Source: Eledone cirrhosa (Eukaryota). From it: DNA of 64,000 nt. Position numbers and translations under genes: made by a program. The number at the start of each line of letters is the position of its first letter. The first letter of the stretch is position 1. The stretch covers positions 50,096,001-50,160,000 of the forward strand of contig OZ024745.1 in the NCBI GenBank assembly GCA_964016885.1, read 5' to 3'. The notes below the pieces were generated by a model. That model saw only the letters and a program-made list of their open reading frames with translations. It made no database searches and was not told the origin of the DNA. Positions 27,721-41,897 of the stretch are shown in pieces.

Positions 27721-28739
27721 GGGCTTTAGTTTGTCGTAGATATTCACTTCCAATTTCGTCGAATGCTCGCAGAATTTCTTTATTCGATCTTGTTTAATAT
27801 TGCCGATTCATGTCTCTTTTCAAGAGTAAATTTTATACATAAATTAATCTCTCTTTAGTAAAATCCCCAAACGGTTTGTGTCTCACAGAACCTCTGACAA
27901 CCAAATCTTAGTTTCTGGACCTCTTGTGGTGGAGATATTTGTAACTGGCAAGGGGAAGGGTCATTCTAATTCTAAAACCGGCAACGCAGGAATCCTTCCT
28001 GCTTTGTGTCACGGCTTGCAGTAAGTCCACTGAGAGTGAAGGATCCCGAGCTGTTGTTACGACATTCTTTTAAGAGAGGGTAAATCTAGAATGCGTGATT
28101 ACTAGTCATCTTACTTAGGTCTGTTAGCAGAAAATAACCACAAAGTTTAGGGTGGCACTCCTATGTACCAGTTTGTCACTATAATCCAACGACTTACACA
28201 TGTCTCTTTTGCGATCTTCTCATCTGTCATTCTATCTGTCCAGCCAATGCAGGCCATGTCTCTGAACTCTTGGTTCTATTGGGTCTGTTACTGTAACTAT
28301 TGTGGTGTCATGTGAATTTGCGTCAATGAAATACCGCCACTTTTGTAGTTTGGTGACCTCGGGAAATATAGTATAGGCGTGAGCAATCACGGTTCTCCAG
28401 TTACTTGCGTTGATGTGTACAATGTTGGAATGTTGTCAGTGTCTGGGGTGGGGACTTGATCTTATCTTTTGTTACTGGATTTAAAAGCCATCTCCATTGT
28501 TTTAGAGCCTTGTACGAATGGTTGAGTTGATTATCATTTGACAAGATGAAGCAATCATCGTATGTATGTATGTATGTATGTATGTATGTATGTATGTATG
28601 TATGTATGTATGTATGTATGTATGTATGTATGTATGTATGTATGTATGTATGTATGTCAGTATGTATGTATGTGTGTATGTAGGAAGATAGACAGACAAG
28701 TATGAAACATTTTCCATATATATATATATATATGGAAAA

Positions 28740-28900
28740 TTTTTAACCCCGACGGCAGAGCTCAAGCCGTTTCAACGGCTATTTCTGGAGCTCTGCCGTC
28801 GGGGTTAAACATTTTCCTATTACCCAATCTACTACCCTAAGTATTGAGTACTTTGGTGCGTTATGGCCCATCTGGTTCCTTACCACACTTCCTTCGTTAT
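28740..28900 (+). mobile_element. Penelope-type terminal repeat with 5' inversion
   Basis: TTAACCCCGACGGCAGAGCTC ... GAGCTCTGCCGTCGGGGTTAA inverted repeat, then the family 3' end into (TA)n. Confidence 0.7.
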
Positions 28901-29005
28901 ATATATATATATATATAGTATTTACGTATCGAGAAAGAGAGAAAAAAAGGAGGGATAGGTGATACATATAGTTATTTGCCAAGTAGCCTATGCCAAAGGT
29001 GCTCG

Positions 29006-29082
<77 letters not shown>

Positions 29083-29090
29083 GATAGATA

Positions 29091-31641
29091 AATTTCTTTA
29101 TTAGCCACAAGGGCACAAAAGAAGGGGACAAATACAAATGTGGAGTTTACATACAGGTATATGAATATGAAAATAAAACTATTAATAAAATAAGAAATAA
29201 TAATTGAAATCCCCAATAGGGGGAGGCGTTACACAGGGGTTATACACACCTCGAAAAAATGTACAACCCTCATGTCCAGGAGCACGAAGAGTGACTACTC
29301 CCCTCCTCGCTTTCTCTTTTTCCTCAACCTACAGGCTTATATATAGAGAAGGCCCAACCACTCGAGCCATCTTTGCCACATTCACCTACCTTTTATAAAA
29401 TTTGCTGGGGTACAGCACCTCTCTCTCCATCCTGATTCTTCTTCCAAAATGATATTTGAAAAAACAAATCAGTTGTTCGCCGGAGAGAAAGGTGTCCGAC
29501 CTCAGCCCTTTTAACCTCGTCCACCATATAACCTCTTTCACCATAGCCATAACACATAGGAAAACCAACTCTCCTTCGTTTTTGAAGGAGGGTGGCGGTT
29601 TGATCATGACAATGGACTCGGTAATCAATGGATTGGTCCCACCCGCGACAAAAGTCGTTCTACATAGCCCCACAGGTGGCTAACGCCCGGGCAGTGTACA
29701 AATGCGTGCGCGACGGTTTCCTCGTTGCTACGCATCTCGGACAGATCTTTTTTGAAGGGTCCCTGCCCGGGCGCCCGTGTCTGTAGAGCTTGTCTCGAAC
29801 TGGCAGAACTGCGCCTCGCTGTCCGAGAGTCGCAGTAGGCCGTCGAGGTATGGACCGAAATCCATAGCCCCTCCCGGCGCGCCGCCCTGCCCGAACAGTT
29901 GTGCAAAGCGCAATTGAAAGACCGCACACATCTGCTTCGGCTCACGTATCACGCGTCCGTCTTGGTCCTTCAACGACCGAATCGTGGACTTGTTGCCACT
30001 TTTCGCCTCTGTTACTCGGGCCCAGCTAACAGCTTTGGCTCCCTCATTTCCCAGAGCACGTATTTTGCTTCTGACAACGCAGCCTTCATGCTTTGCGTCG
30101 AAGAACTGGTCCAAGGTCGTTCTCGTCACTAGCACGCTGGCTACGTTGCCACTCCTAAGTGCCTCTTCTACTTTATCTACCAGTTCCTTTTCGGTCTTAT
30201 TTCTATCTAACACTAATTCTTTACGAAAACCTATCGAGTCTAATCTAACTGCCCTCTTGAGAGAGTACCATCATCTGTTGTTGACAATGGCCCCCGTCAA
30301 GTGCTGCTTAACTAAAGTGCTAATCCGTCTACTGTAGGCTTTGCATGTCGGTAACGACAAGTTCAGCTTCCAGTAGCTGGGTGTCTGTCTATGGGTTTTG
30401 TCAAGGTTGACTAAGCAGGTCACTAATTTGTGATCTGAATAGGCAACTATGAACATTTGTGGACAGCTTAACATGTCCCTATCCTTCTTTCTAACTAGAG
30501 CCCTATCTAGGTACGATCTAGATGTTCCGCTGCGATTAGTCCACGTCCACAGTGGCACAGTCGGAAAATCTAGTCGATATCTATCGGCCAGGTCAAATCG
30601 GCCGATTAACTGTTTGAGGCTGTTACACCCCCTTTATCGGGACATGCTCCCACATAGTCCCAACGTGCATCTAGAATTCCATTCCAGTACCCCACTAAAA
30701 GCAAGGAGAGGGACGTTCCCAGAAAAGTCTCTAGGCGTTTGAAGAAGTCTGGCCGCGGGGTCTCGGAAGGGGCGTATGCGGCTACCAGCTTGAAGGCTCC
30801 ACCTTCACTACCGTCAACGTCTAGGACCACCAGTCGACCCTCCGGGTCCAGGTGTACCGTCTGTGTTACGAGGTCCAGGTGTTTCCGCAGCAAAACGGCC
30901 ACCCTGCCCCCACCTCCCGGCTGACAGAGAGATGCGTAGATCTCAAAGTCGTCGAAGATGGGGGCCAGTTGTCGCTCGCTGTGGATCCTGGATTCGCAAA
31001 TGGCTACTACATCCATACTGTGCGACCTGAGATCGTTTAAGAGTTTGCCCTGTTTCCAGGGCATCCCCAGGCCGCGTACATTCACACATCCAACTCTTAT
31101 ATTGGCCATGTTGGTGCTGAAAAGTTAAAAGAAGAGGAAAAGAAATCACTCACCTCTTCGTCTCCTGGGGATCAGGCTGCACAATTTCCATGGGGGTGTT
31201 GGAGGGTATGTTTGGTGGGGTGGTGGTTTCTGGCGGGGTGGGAACGGAGGTGTTTGGTGGGGAGAGGGTGTCTGGTGGGATGGGGTGACTGGGGAGGGGG
31301 TGTCTGGTGGGATGGGGGTGACTGTGGTGGGGGTGCCTGTGGTGGGGAGACCTTTGAAGAGGACGCGGTTGATTGGTTTCACGCAGGAATTCCCCACGTC
31401 CTCTACAAATGTTTCTTTTAGGGATCTATAAGTTCCTATAGGGACCCTGATCAGTTTTAGGTTGTTTTTTTTTTTGTTTTTGTTGGAGCTATCCAAAGTT
31501 TTCTCTTCGGTTTTGACCAAAGGGTTGTTTTTGATGATCTCCATCAGTGTTCTATTTTCTTCGTTTATGTAAGTGTATGTGTACTTTTCCTGTGTTGCTC
31601 CTGCGTGTGTTTTCTCTTTGTTGTGGGTGTTTTCTTTTCGG
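29091..31641 (-). mobile_element. Tx1/L1-clade LINE with APE domain and ORF1-like tail; RT core deleted
   Basis: MANIRVGCVNVRGL..VAICES, SYLDR, SDH, YWKLN; jumps at ~29805 from pre-RT region to C-terminal domain; (GATA)n on both sides. Confidence 0.9.
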
Positions 31642-31889
31642 GATAGATAGATAGATAAATGTTGCTAATAATTGAACCAGAAAGATACCCAAAGTACAGC
31701 ATTGTACAACACTGACAGTGCATTATATATTCGTTTTACATACATATATGTTTTGTTCAACGGAATGGTTACATAATAGATCTCCACGACGTATGTTTGT
31801 GCGCAGGGGTTTGTATGGAATACATATACTCTCTCTCTCTCACACACATTCAAATATGTGCATATGGATACCAACTCGGACTACACCTG

Positions 31890-32310
31890 AACTTCTACCA
31901 GGAAATCTTTCGTATCTTTGAAATTTTCTTTGCTTCTTGCAGTTAAATATTCCACGACTCTCTACCACTTTTCCTCTACTACATTCTTCTCAGCCGTCTA
32001 TTTTTCACTCCCACCCTAGTACCTTCAATATCCTCAATCTCAAATCTACTCTCAAGCGCTTCCTCCAACCTCTCCCCCCACTATATGCATCCAATCCTCC
32101 CTGCATCTCTCCAACCTCATCTTCACCAAAACACGATACAACAGTCACATCACATTTTTAAGTCGCTGTCTCCACCACCACCTCATTGCCGCGGTTTCCG
32201 CCTCAAGTTTCACCCCACCTCTTACTCTGCTCCCACCACTGAGCCCATCCTTACCCGCTCCTCTCGCCAGCTCATGCGGGCGACCATTCGATCAACTCTC
32301 GCCCAAATCC
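31890..32310 (+). pseudogene. Degenerate 5' coding fragment of the C-rich Penelope family
   Basis: CTCATCTTCACCAAAACACGA...CACATC...TTCCGCCTCAAGTTTCACCCC similar to 47225-47420. Confidence 0.6.
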
Positions 32311-32405
32311 GTTCTTCGACCGAGATCTCCCCAAGGGGGTGGATTACAATAGAACCGTGTGTGTGAGAGAGACATACAGATATGTATCTCTCTCTTTCAC
32401 TCTCT

Positions 32406-32563
<158 letters not shown>

Positions 32564-32840
32564 AATCATGTCCTTAGAATTATTAGATAAAATATATACC
32601 ATTTCCTCTCCCAATTAGCATAATTAACCATATAAAAAATCAATTAGACCAAGCTATAAGAATAAAGGCTCTTATGAAGAAATCTCCGACAAATAACCGA
32701 AAGTGGCCTCTTCGCGGTGGCCCCAATAGAGTATTTATCCAACATTTCGACAGCATGTAGAAACTGACTAAATATACCATCAACCATACACAATTAGGTG
32801 TAAATTCAAACTTAGAAGAAATGTGTACATACCGTAATTA

Positions 32841-32920
32841 TATCTCTACCATGGTTTCATCCGTATTTTTAGACATCCAATTAATAGGAAATGTCCAGAG
32901 TTAGGATTCATCAGGAGACA
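32841..32920 (-). ncRNA. Type I hammerhead ribozyme, canonical core, palindromic stem III
   Basis: TGTCTC-CTGATGA-ATCC...GGAT-GAAA-CCATGG-TA-GAGATA. Confidence 0.8.
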
Positions 32921-33246
32921 AACTCAAAATTAGACATTTAGTTTTCCAACGTGATCGCGCCAAAATTAGATTAAAAAATGGCTAAGAATCGCAATGTGGC
33001 AGTGGTCAAGCTAGAAAGAATGTGATTGGTTGCTTACGGCGGGTAGGCTTGTTGCTAGAAAGCGCAGCCAAATATCGACAAATTGTATCTCAACCTAACG
33101 GGAGATTATTAAATATAAAGGTTTACATATACATAAAGTTATAGATATATATGTTGCAACCGGTCACTTTTTGGCTCTATGAAGAATTAATAAATTAAAT
33201 AATCAGAGCAATATATCATAATTTTTTACTATATATATCAATTTTT

Positions 33247-33320
<74 letters not shown>

Positions 33321-33325
33321 ATATA

Positions 33326-33678
33326 TAGTAAAAAATTGAACGGGAACAAAACAGAGAGGCAGTACGAACAAAGGTTTATTAGTTTCACGCTCTTGAGAGT
33401 GTGCTGGTGGTGGGGAATGATGTTTCTTCAGGTGAAAAGTGTGTGGGAAGAGAGTTCTAAGGGTGTGTAGGGGAATGGTGGAGAGACATATAGAAAAAAG
33501 GGGGTGAGAGGAAACGGTACAAATGAAATTAAATATAAAAGCATAATAAAAATAAACATGAAGTAAAACAGGTGGTGGAAGGGTGTGGTGCGTGTAGGGG
33601 TGGTGGCGGGTGGAGTGGGGAGAGGGAGGCGGGGTGTCAGAGCGGGGAGGGCTGAAGGTGGTGTGTGTGTGTGGGTGT

Positions 33679-33715
<37 letters not shown>

Positions 33716-35782
33716 AAAATAAGAGTTGGGGGAAAAACGGGGTTGCATGTTCAGGAAGCGGTGTGTGTGGGGTGGGGTGTAGGTCGGTGTGTGTGTGCGT
33801 GTGTGGATGGGGAGGGTCAGAGGGGTGGGGGGAGAGGATTCAGGAGGCTGAGTTTGTAAATATGTGGTGGTACGCACGTGTGTGTGTGGTGTTTATGCGT
33901 GTTGTGGATGTAGGTGGCGTGTGGGAAACATTTTTTTGAGTGTATGTCAGTGGGTGAGTCCTTAAGGTAGTTCCGTAGATGATGTGGTGGAATGCTGGGT
34001 AATATCCTTGGGATGTGGTGGATTCTAGGGATCGATGTTCAATATGTGTAATCAGTGGTTGGTCGGAAGAGGAGAGATGTGGGGTGCGCGCGCAACAGGA
34101 AGTGGTCAGAGGGTCAAGGCAGGAGGAGGGTTGTGTGTCTGTGTGTGCGGGGAAGTGGTCAGAGATAAGGGCATAGCAGCAGTCGGGTAGAATGGTAAGT
34201 GAAGAAAGTCGGTGTGTCAGTGTGTGCCGAGGTGCGGTGGACAGGGGAGAGGATGGGTAGGTGTGAAAGTTCGAGTGAGGAGGGTGTGTGTGTGTATTAG
34301 TAGAGGTGTTAGTGGGATGTGTGTGTGTGTGAGAAAGGGTGTGGGTGGAGCGGGGAGAGAAGGGTGTGGGGGCCGGTGGAGGGAGTGTAGTGTACTGGTG
34401 TGTGTGTGCGTGTTTGGATGAGTGTGTGTGTGGTGAAGGGGGTGTTAGTGGGTGTTAATATACTGGAGGTGGGGAAAGGGTTGAATGCGGGTGTGAGTGG
34501 GGTCAGTGGTGGTAGGGTGTGTAGAGTGGGTGGTGTTCGTGGGTGTGTGTGTGTTCGTGGGAGTGGGGTAGGGGGGTGTTAGTGATGTTAGTTGTGGGGT
34601 GGTGGGGTGGATGTGTGGGGGTGAGGGTTAGTGGTGGTAGTAGGGTGTGTGTTTAGTGTGAGCGCGTGTATATATGTACCGGTGGCTGTGTGCGTGTGAT
34701 AAGGGGAGGGGGGAGAAGAAGGGAGGGATGTTAGTATGTTAGTTGGGGAAGGGTGGTCGGGTGTGGGGTGGAGGTGTTAGTATTGTGAGTTGTGGGGTGG
34801 GCGGTGAAAAGGAGGGGTGTGTTAGTGGTGTTAGTGGGGGATATGTGTGGGGGGAGGGGGGCGGTCGAAGGCTAAAGGAATAAGGGTGGGGAGTTCAGGC
34901 CGAGAGGAGTGTGGGTCTGTAGGGTGAAGATGGTTCGTTGTTCGACCCTGAGGAGAGTGGCGGGTGTTCCGTGGCATTGGAGTAGGCCACAGACTGTGAG
35001 GTGGTGTGCGGAATGTCCAGGGGCACCAAAGTGACGGGCGATGGGGGAACTACCACCGAGACGAATATCTCGGAGGTGTTCGGTAAACCGGTCTGCCGGG
35101 CGACGTCCAGTCTGTCCGACGTAGGTTACGCTGCACTCCGTGCAGCGAAGTCCGTAGAATAGGTTGGAGGAGGGCAGCGGAAGGCATGCCGGACAGAGAG
35201 AGAGTGGCCGTTGGGACCCTGGAAAGTGTTGGTGATGTGGGGACAGGTGTTGCAGCGGGGCCTGGAACAGGGAAGGGAACCGGGGGGGGGGGGAGCTGTG
35301 GACGAGGAGGGTGCGGAGATTGCGTGCGCGTTTGAAGGAGGGGAGTGGTGAGGATGGCAAGATGTGGGAGGTGGAGGGATCGGACTGGAGGCGTCGGAAG
35401 AGGCGGAGGATGGTGCGGTGGAGGTGTATGATGGAGGGGTGGTAGGTGATGGGGAAGGGGAGACGGTGGGTGGGTGTGCGGTGGCGTGGGGTGAGGGTGG
35501 TGGAGCGGTGGACAGCACGTGCGCAGGTGAGAACGGTGTGGACGAGAGGGGGGGGGGGGTAACCTCTGCGGATGAAATGGCTGACTAGGGAAAGGGCCTG
35601 GGACTCAAAGTCAGCATCTCGGCTACAGAGGCGGCGGATCCTGGGGAGTTGGGAGTAGGGAATCGAGTGTTTAGTGTGGGTAGGGTGGGAAGAGGTGAAG
35701 TCGAGGTAGGAGTGGGAGTCGGTGGGTTTGAAGAAGGCGGAGGTGACGAGGGAGTGGTGGGAGGGGTCGAAGGCGACGGAGA

Positions 35783-35786
<4 letters not shown>
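33326..35786 (-). mobile_element. 5'-truncated C-rich Penelope element (RT C-terminus, GIY-YIG, long 3' UTR)
   Basis: FKPTDSHSYLDFTSSHP...SIPYSQ, NLFYGLRCTECSVTYVGQTGR...RFTEH; both ends in (TA)n; homologous to 48830-51280. Confidence 0.9.
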
Positions 35787-35851
<65 letters not shown>

Positions 35852-36689
35852 ATGTGTGTTTATATCGAATAATAATAATAGTAATATTCGATTCGTTTGT
35901 AAGCAAACAGCCTCATTACGATATGATTTTTCGATGACCACCCTCATCCGTTTGTTCTAGCAGTGGCATAGAGAAACAGCCAACATGTTTCTGGGTCATT
36001 GCCCTATGACTGTATCTCTGTCTGCCACTCGCTGGAACTGTATAGTATTCTCTAGTGTATACATAGGCTGATTAGCCTTTTTTTAAATACCGAGCGATTT
36101 TACGGCTGGCTTTGCCGAAAATTAAAAACAAAATGCTCATTTCGACAAAAATGTTAACCCACCAAATATCGAACCTACGGAAGACTAAGGTATTTAACAA
36201 ATAACACGAGAAAGCATCTAGGTGTTCGCTTTATATGCTAAAAATAGCAGCCAAGCCAAAACATTTTCAAAACACAAGCCTTGATATAATGCAATCCAAA
36301 TTACCTATAAGCTGACGTCATGGTCCCCTTTCACTGCTTTTCCACATAGGTCATAGATCTTGTCGATCTGTGCTGACCTGAGACTAAGCAACAACAACGA
36401 CTATTAGGAAGAGAATGACATCCTATATGGTACTTAGATCTGTAAGAAATGACAGCTAAATTTTCCGTCATCACGATGACCCAATTTAGACAAACACGCA
36501 CACACATATATATGTGTATACATCTATATACGTACATACATACACACATACATACATACATACATACATACAGGCACAGATTTTCTAAAAATAGCTACAT
36601 TAGCAATCTACCTCTCAACAGGGCATTCTATCACAGATGAAGATTCGAGAAAACTTGAAACTAAATAGATAGATCTTTATTTCTTTTTC

Positions 36690-37090
36690 TTGTCAACATC
36701 AACGATATCGATAAAAATCTCTAGTCCCAAACCTTATATTAAGATATAAAAGAACTTACCCTGATTTTCAGATGATTTTTAAAATAAACAAGACTTTGAA
36801 GGGATTTAATATAATAACTAATTTCCTATTTATTAAGCTAGTGTTTGGAACATAACTTAACAAAGGTTTTTACATAAATTATGATGAAAGGTTTTTTTTA
36901 AAAATATATATACACGGTAACTCTTTCGTTATTCTATTCTACATGAAAGACACTGCCTAAGTGTTTCAAATTTTGAAAATAATCAGGAATTTTGAGGCAT
37001 TTAGCAATATAATTAACTTTCTCATTATTAAGTTGGTGTTTGGAACATAACATGTAATGTTCTTACATAAAATTATGATGGAAAGCTTTT
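36690..37090 (-). repeat. AT-rich repeat with ~195-bp internal duplication
   Basis: GTGTTTGGAACATAA...TTACATAAA(A)TTATGATG twice; reverse complement of the interior of 40428-40881. Confidence 0.55.
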
Positions 37091-37242
37091 AGATAAATAT
37101 AAATACACTAAAACTATTTACATACATACATGCATATGTACATTCATGCTTATGTACACGTGCATATGTAGATACAGAAACATATGCACGTGTACACATA
37201 TAAGGCAAATATACTGATCCACACATGCAATAACACCCATAC

Positions 37243-37321
<79 letters not shown>

Positions 37322-37554
37322 CATACAGACATACATACGTATTAACCTCGTTGATGTCTAAATTCCAATGAAAGGGTCTTGTTTCTATGCTAGAAACCGG
37401 CTCTTTCTCTATTCGTGGAAATTCATGAAATAAGAAAACCAGAACATACATACATACATACATACATTCATACATACATTCATACATACATACATACATA
37501 CATACATACATACATACATACATACATACATACATACATACATACATACATACA

Positions 37555-38960
37555 TACATGATGGCTGCCCCTCGTTATCGAGTATGGCCATTGCACGATA
37601 TACCATTATTAATAAAAATCAATTAATTCTATCGTGCAATGCCTGTGTGTGAAGATATTTTTTAAAGTGAGGAAAGACTGTGCACTGAGCCAATCCCACT
37701 CTCTGAGCGACAGTAGCTATAATCCGAAAAGAAGAAAAGATCAACATCATCGGTAACTACTGAGCCGCAGGTTTTATATCGAAGTTATCCCAGTTTCCTG
37801 AGTTGCCTTCTCCTAGATGAATGCCCTGACAAAGGCTAGGGGTCCTTCACTCCCAGTGGTTTAACCGCGCGGTACATGTGAATATACATATTTACACACT
37901 TTTGGATGGCCGTTGACTCTTATGAGTTCTTCCTCCCTTTGTGAAGTTTCGTTTTTGTCCTGCAGGGTGTCCAAAATCCCCCTCTTCACTAAGTAAACTT
38001 GGTGGGGTTGCCGGTTTAGTCACCGACGACCCGACCATGCGACAAGTTGCACTGGGTTACATGTTACCAGTAGCACTCAAGAGTGACCCATACATACACA
38101 TATACATACACGATGATGATGGCTGCAACACGATTTCGGGTAATGCCATCGCTTGATATATGAGCATCACGGACGTGGCTTTTTAGTCCTGCTAGGGACT
38201 TGCCTATGGCCAGCAATACCATGCATCACAAAAAATGTCACGTATCAAGCGATCCCTGCGCTTGAAGCTTTTTTAAGTGAGGAAAGGCTTTGCACGGGGC
38301 CAATCCCACTCTCTGAACATTGAATGTATTTACCCAAAAAGAAGAACTGGTCCCTATCATTGGATGCAAATGAAGTGGCAGGTATTATATCAGAGTGACC
38401 TTCTCCTAGAGAGATATATTAATGAAGACTAGGAGTCTCTCAATCCATAAGAAAAAATAAACTTTATTGGATGGCCGTTGACTCTCCTGAGTTCCTCCGC
38501 TCTTTGATAGGTTTTGTTTTTCATCCCGCAGGGTGTCCAAAATCACTCTCCTCACCATACATACATATTAACTGCATCTCGGTTTCGAGAATTACCATCC
38601 CTTGACCTTTTTGTCATACATGGATGGCACGAACATAACTTTTTAACCCTGCCAAGGACTTAGATTCCTTTCTGCATATACTGCTGGAAAAAACAAAAGA
38701 GAAGGCCATGCTCACGCAACACATGTCAAAGTCGTTTAGTAGTGAATATTTTTTAAAGTGGAGAAAGGCCTTGTACTGGACCAATCCCACTCTCTGAACA
38801 ACAGTGACAGATATACATAAAAGAAGAACAGGTCAACATCATTGGCTGCCATCGAATTGCAGGGTTTTACATCAGTTTTCCTTCTAGAATAATGTCCTAA
38901 CAAGAACTAGGGATCTCTCACTCTCGGTGGGTTAACCTCGCACTCGGGCATCAAACCGCG
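37555..38960 (-). repeat. Three diverged head-to-tail ~500-600-bp units bounded by (ATAC)n
   Basis: TTTTT(A)AAGTG.GAAAG...CCAATCCCACTCTCTGA...CCTTCT(CCT)AGA recurs at ~37657, ~38270, ~38750. Confidence 0.7.
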
Positions 38961-39080
38961 CATACATACATACATACATACATACATACATACATACATA
39001 CATACATACATACATACATACATACATACACGCATGTATATATATATATATTATATCTATACATACTTACACATACACAC

Positions 39081-39130
<50 letters not shown>

Positions 39131-39316
39131 GTTGATAATGAGGAAGATGATGAATAAATTGTTATATTTACCAGAGGGTCAACGAAAAGATTAATTACAT
39201 TACAATTTTCCACAATTGTCATTACTCGGCTGTTAGTTGGTCGTCTGTATGTATTTCTGATGCTTTCATCTTGTTGTGTAAGAGATTATGATCTGTTACG
39301 AGCAAACTTACGATAT

Positions 39317-39339
39317 GCTGCTGTTGTTGTTGATGTTGT

Positions 39340-39411
<72 letters not shown>

Positions 39412-40200
39412 CGCGGACGACATGAAAATATGAATTATTTTTGAACCGCAGTCTTCTTCTTTCGTTCGCTCTCGGTGTTGTTGTTGTTGCTGTTATTGTT
39501 GTTGTTACTGCTGCTGCTGTTGTTGTGCAATGTCTACTGCTCCTGTTGTTACTGCTGATGTTGTTGTTGCTACTGTTCTTATTGCTGCCATTGTTACTGC
39601 TGCTGATACTGCTGCTGTTGCTATTGTTACTACTATTGTTACTGCTGCTGTTGTTACTGCTATTGCCACTGCTGTTGTTACTGCTGTTGTTGCTATTGTT
39701 TCTGCTGTCGTTACTTCTGCAGTTGTTGTTGTTGCTGCTGTTGTTACTACTGTTGTTGCTGTTGTTACTACTGTTGTTACCGCTGCTATTGTTGTTGCTG
39801 CTGTTGTTACTGCTATTGTTACTGCTGTTGTTACTGCTGCTGTTGTTGTTGTTGCTGCTGTTGTTACTACTGTTGTTGCTGTTGTTACTACTGTTGTTAC
39901 CGCTGCTATTGTTGTTGCTGCTGTTGTTACTGCTATTGTTACTGCTGTTGTTACTGCTGCTGTTGTTGTTGTTGCTGCTGTTGTTACTACTGTTGTTGCT
40001 GTTGTTACTACTGTTGTTACCGCTGCTATTGTTGTTGCTGCTGTTGTTACTGCTATTGTTACTGCTGTTGTTACTGCTGCTGTTGTTGTTGTTGCTGCTG
40101 TTATTACTGCTGTTCCTGTTGTTGTTACTGCTATTGTTACTGGTGCTGTTACTGCTGTTGTTGTTGTTGTTACTGCTGCTGTTGCTGTGTAGTAGTATCT
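39317..40200. repeat. (GAT)n followed by cryptic GTT/GCT/ACT triplet array with 120-bp higher-order period
   Basis: Blocks starting at 39781, 39901 and 40021 are identical. Confidence 0.85.
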
Positions 40201-40335
40201 ACTGCTACTAGAAAACATTTCATTTCAGTTAGACGTTTGCACTCTTAACAAAAGACGATAGACGATTCAAAATAAACAACACACACACACACACACATTC
40301 GCGCGTTCACACACACACACACACACATTCGCGCG

Positions 40336-40401
<66 letters not shown>

Positions 40402-40427
40402 TAATCTCAATATTACATCCTTTTAAT

Positions 40428-40881
40428 TTAACACTTTTGATACCAAACTGCATGAAACCACCCCTGGTTCGACGATACGAAGCTGGTTATTTTAAAGTAT
40501 TTACTTTTATTTGCAAAACCTTCCATCATAATTTTATGTAAAAACCTTTGTTAATTTATGTTCCAAACACCAGGTTAATAATAAGAAAGTTAATTATATT
40601 ACTACTTCCCTTCAAGTTTTTGATTATTTTCAAAATTATTTTAAAATCATAGACAGTGTCATTAATTAAAAATAATGAAAGAAATGGGTTAAATTATTTA
40701 CTTTTATTTGCAAACCTTACATCATAATATTATGTAAGAACCTTTGTTAAGTTATGTTCCAAACACCAGCTTAACAATGAGAATGTTATATTGCTAAATC
40801 AGTCGAAATTCTTGATTTTCATAATATTTAAAAACCAGAGGTAGTGTCTTATATTAGTTTCTTTTATAAGGAAAGGGTTAA
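40428..40881. mobile_element. TTAA-flanked MITE (piggyBac-like ends)
   Basis: TTAA|CACTTT ... AAAGGG|TTAA; duplicated 3' half, also ending TGGGTTAA at ~40690. Confidence 0.5.
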
Positions 40882-41247
40882 TTGCTGTTTAGTCCCCACC
40901 ACACTTAATCCTGCATAACTATAATCCAAAGTATGCCAACCACGAGCAACCAACCCTATTTTATTCTCAGATATACGTCAGTCGAAACAACTATATTTTA
41001 TTGGGCTCAGACAACCCCATCCGCACGACTTAATTCCCACGTAACTTTCTGAATGAATTTCTGCAGAGATACGATTACAAATTTGTAGATTACGATAATT
41101 TAAAAAAAAAAGTAATATAAAAAAAATACTTTCATTATTGTATACTCCAGCTCTTAAATATTTTCATTTACGTAATACTTTCGGTCTGTATTTTGTATGC
41201 AGCTTCATTGGAATCTCAGAAATGTTGTTCATCATCGCTTCCAATTC

Positions 41248-41426
41248 TAATTGTTTCTACTTTTGGCACAAGGCCATCAAATACCCAGTGCATTACTGGT
41301 ACTTTATTTTATCGACCCCGTAAGGATGAAAGGCAAAGTTAACCTCGGCGGGATTTGAACTCAGAATGGCAAGGGCCGAAACTCTATGCGTCAAAGCATG
41401 GCGTCCGACCCTCTACCGTTACTGCC
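41248..41426 (-). mobile_element. tRNA-derived SINE
   Basis: Same core as 7959-8140. Confidence 0.8.
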
Positions 41427-41510
41427 TTTGATAATGAATAATATCAATCAAGATAATGTCATAGATTTTATACAGGAACGTATTGTAATTTCTATATCTA
41501 AGAATAGCAA

Positions 41511-41562
<52 letters not shown>

Positions 41563-41609
41563 TATATATATATAATATATATATATATATATAATATATA
41601 TATACATAT

Positions 41610-41666
<57 letters not shown>

Positions 41667-41697
41667 ATATATATATATATATAATATATATATACAT

Positions 41698-41740
<43 letters not shown>

Positions 41741-41768
41741 TATATATATATAATATATATATACATAT

Positions 41769-41897
<129 letters not shown>

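Noticed and set aside
37905-37920. GTCAACGGCCAT resembling the 5S rRNA 5' end (minus strand)
   Set aside because: Similarity limited to ~12 nt, no internal control region
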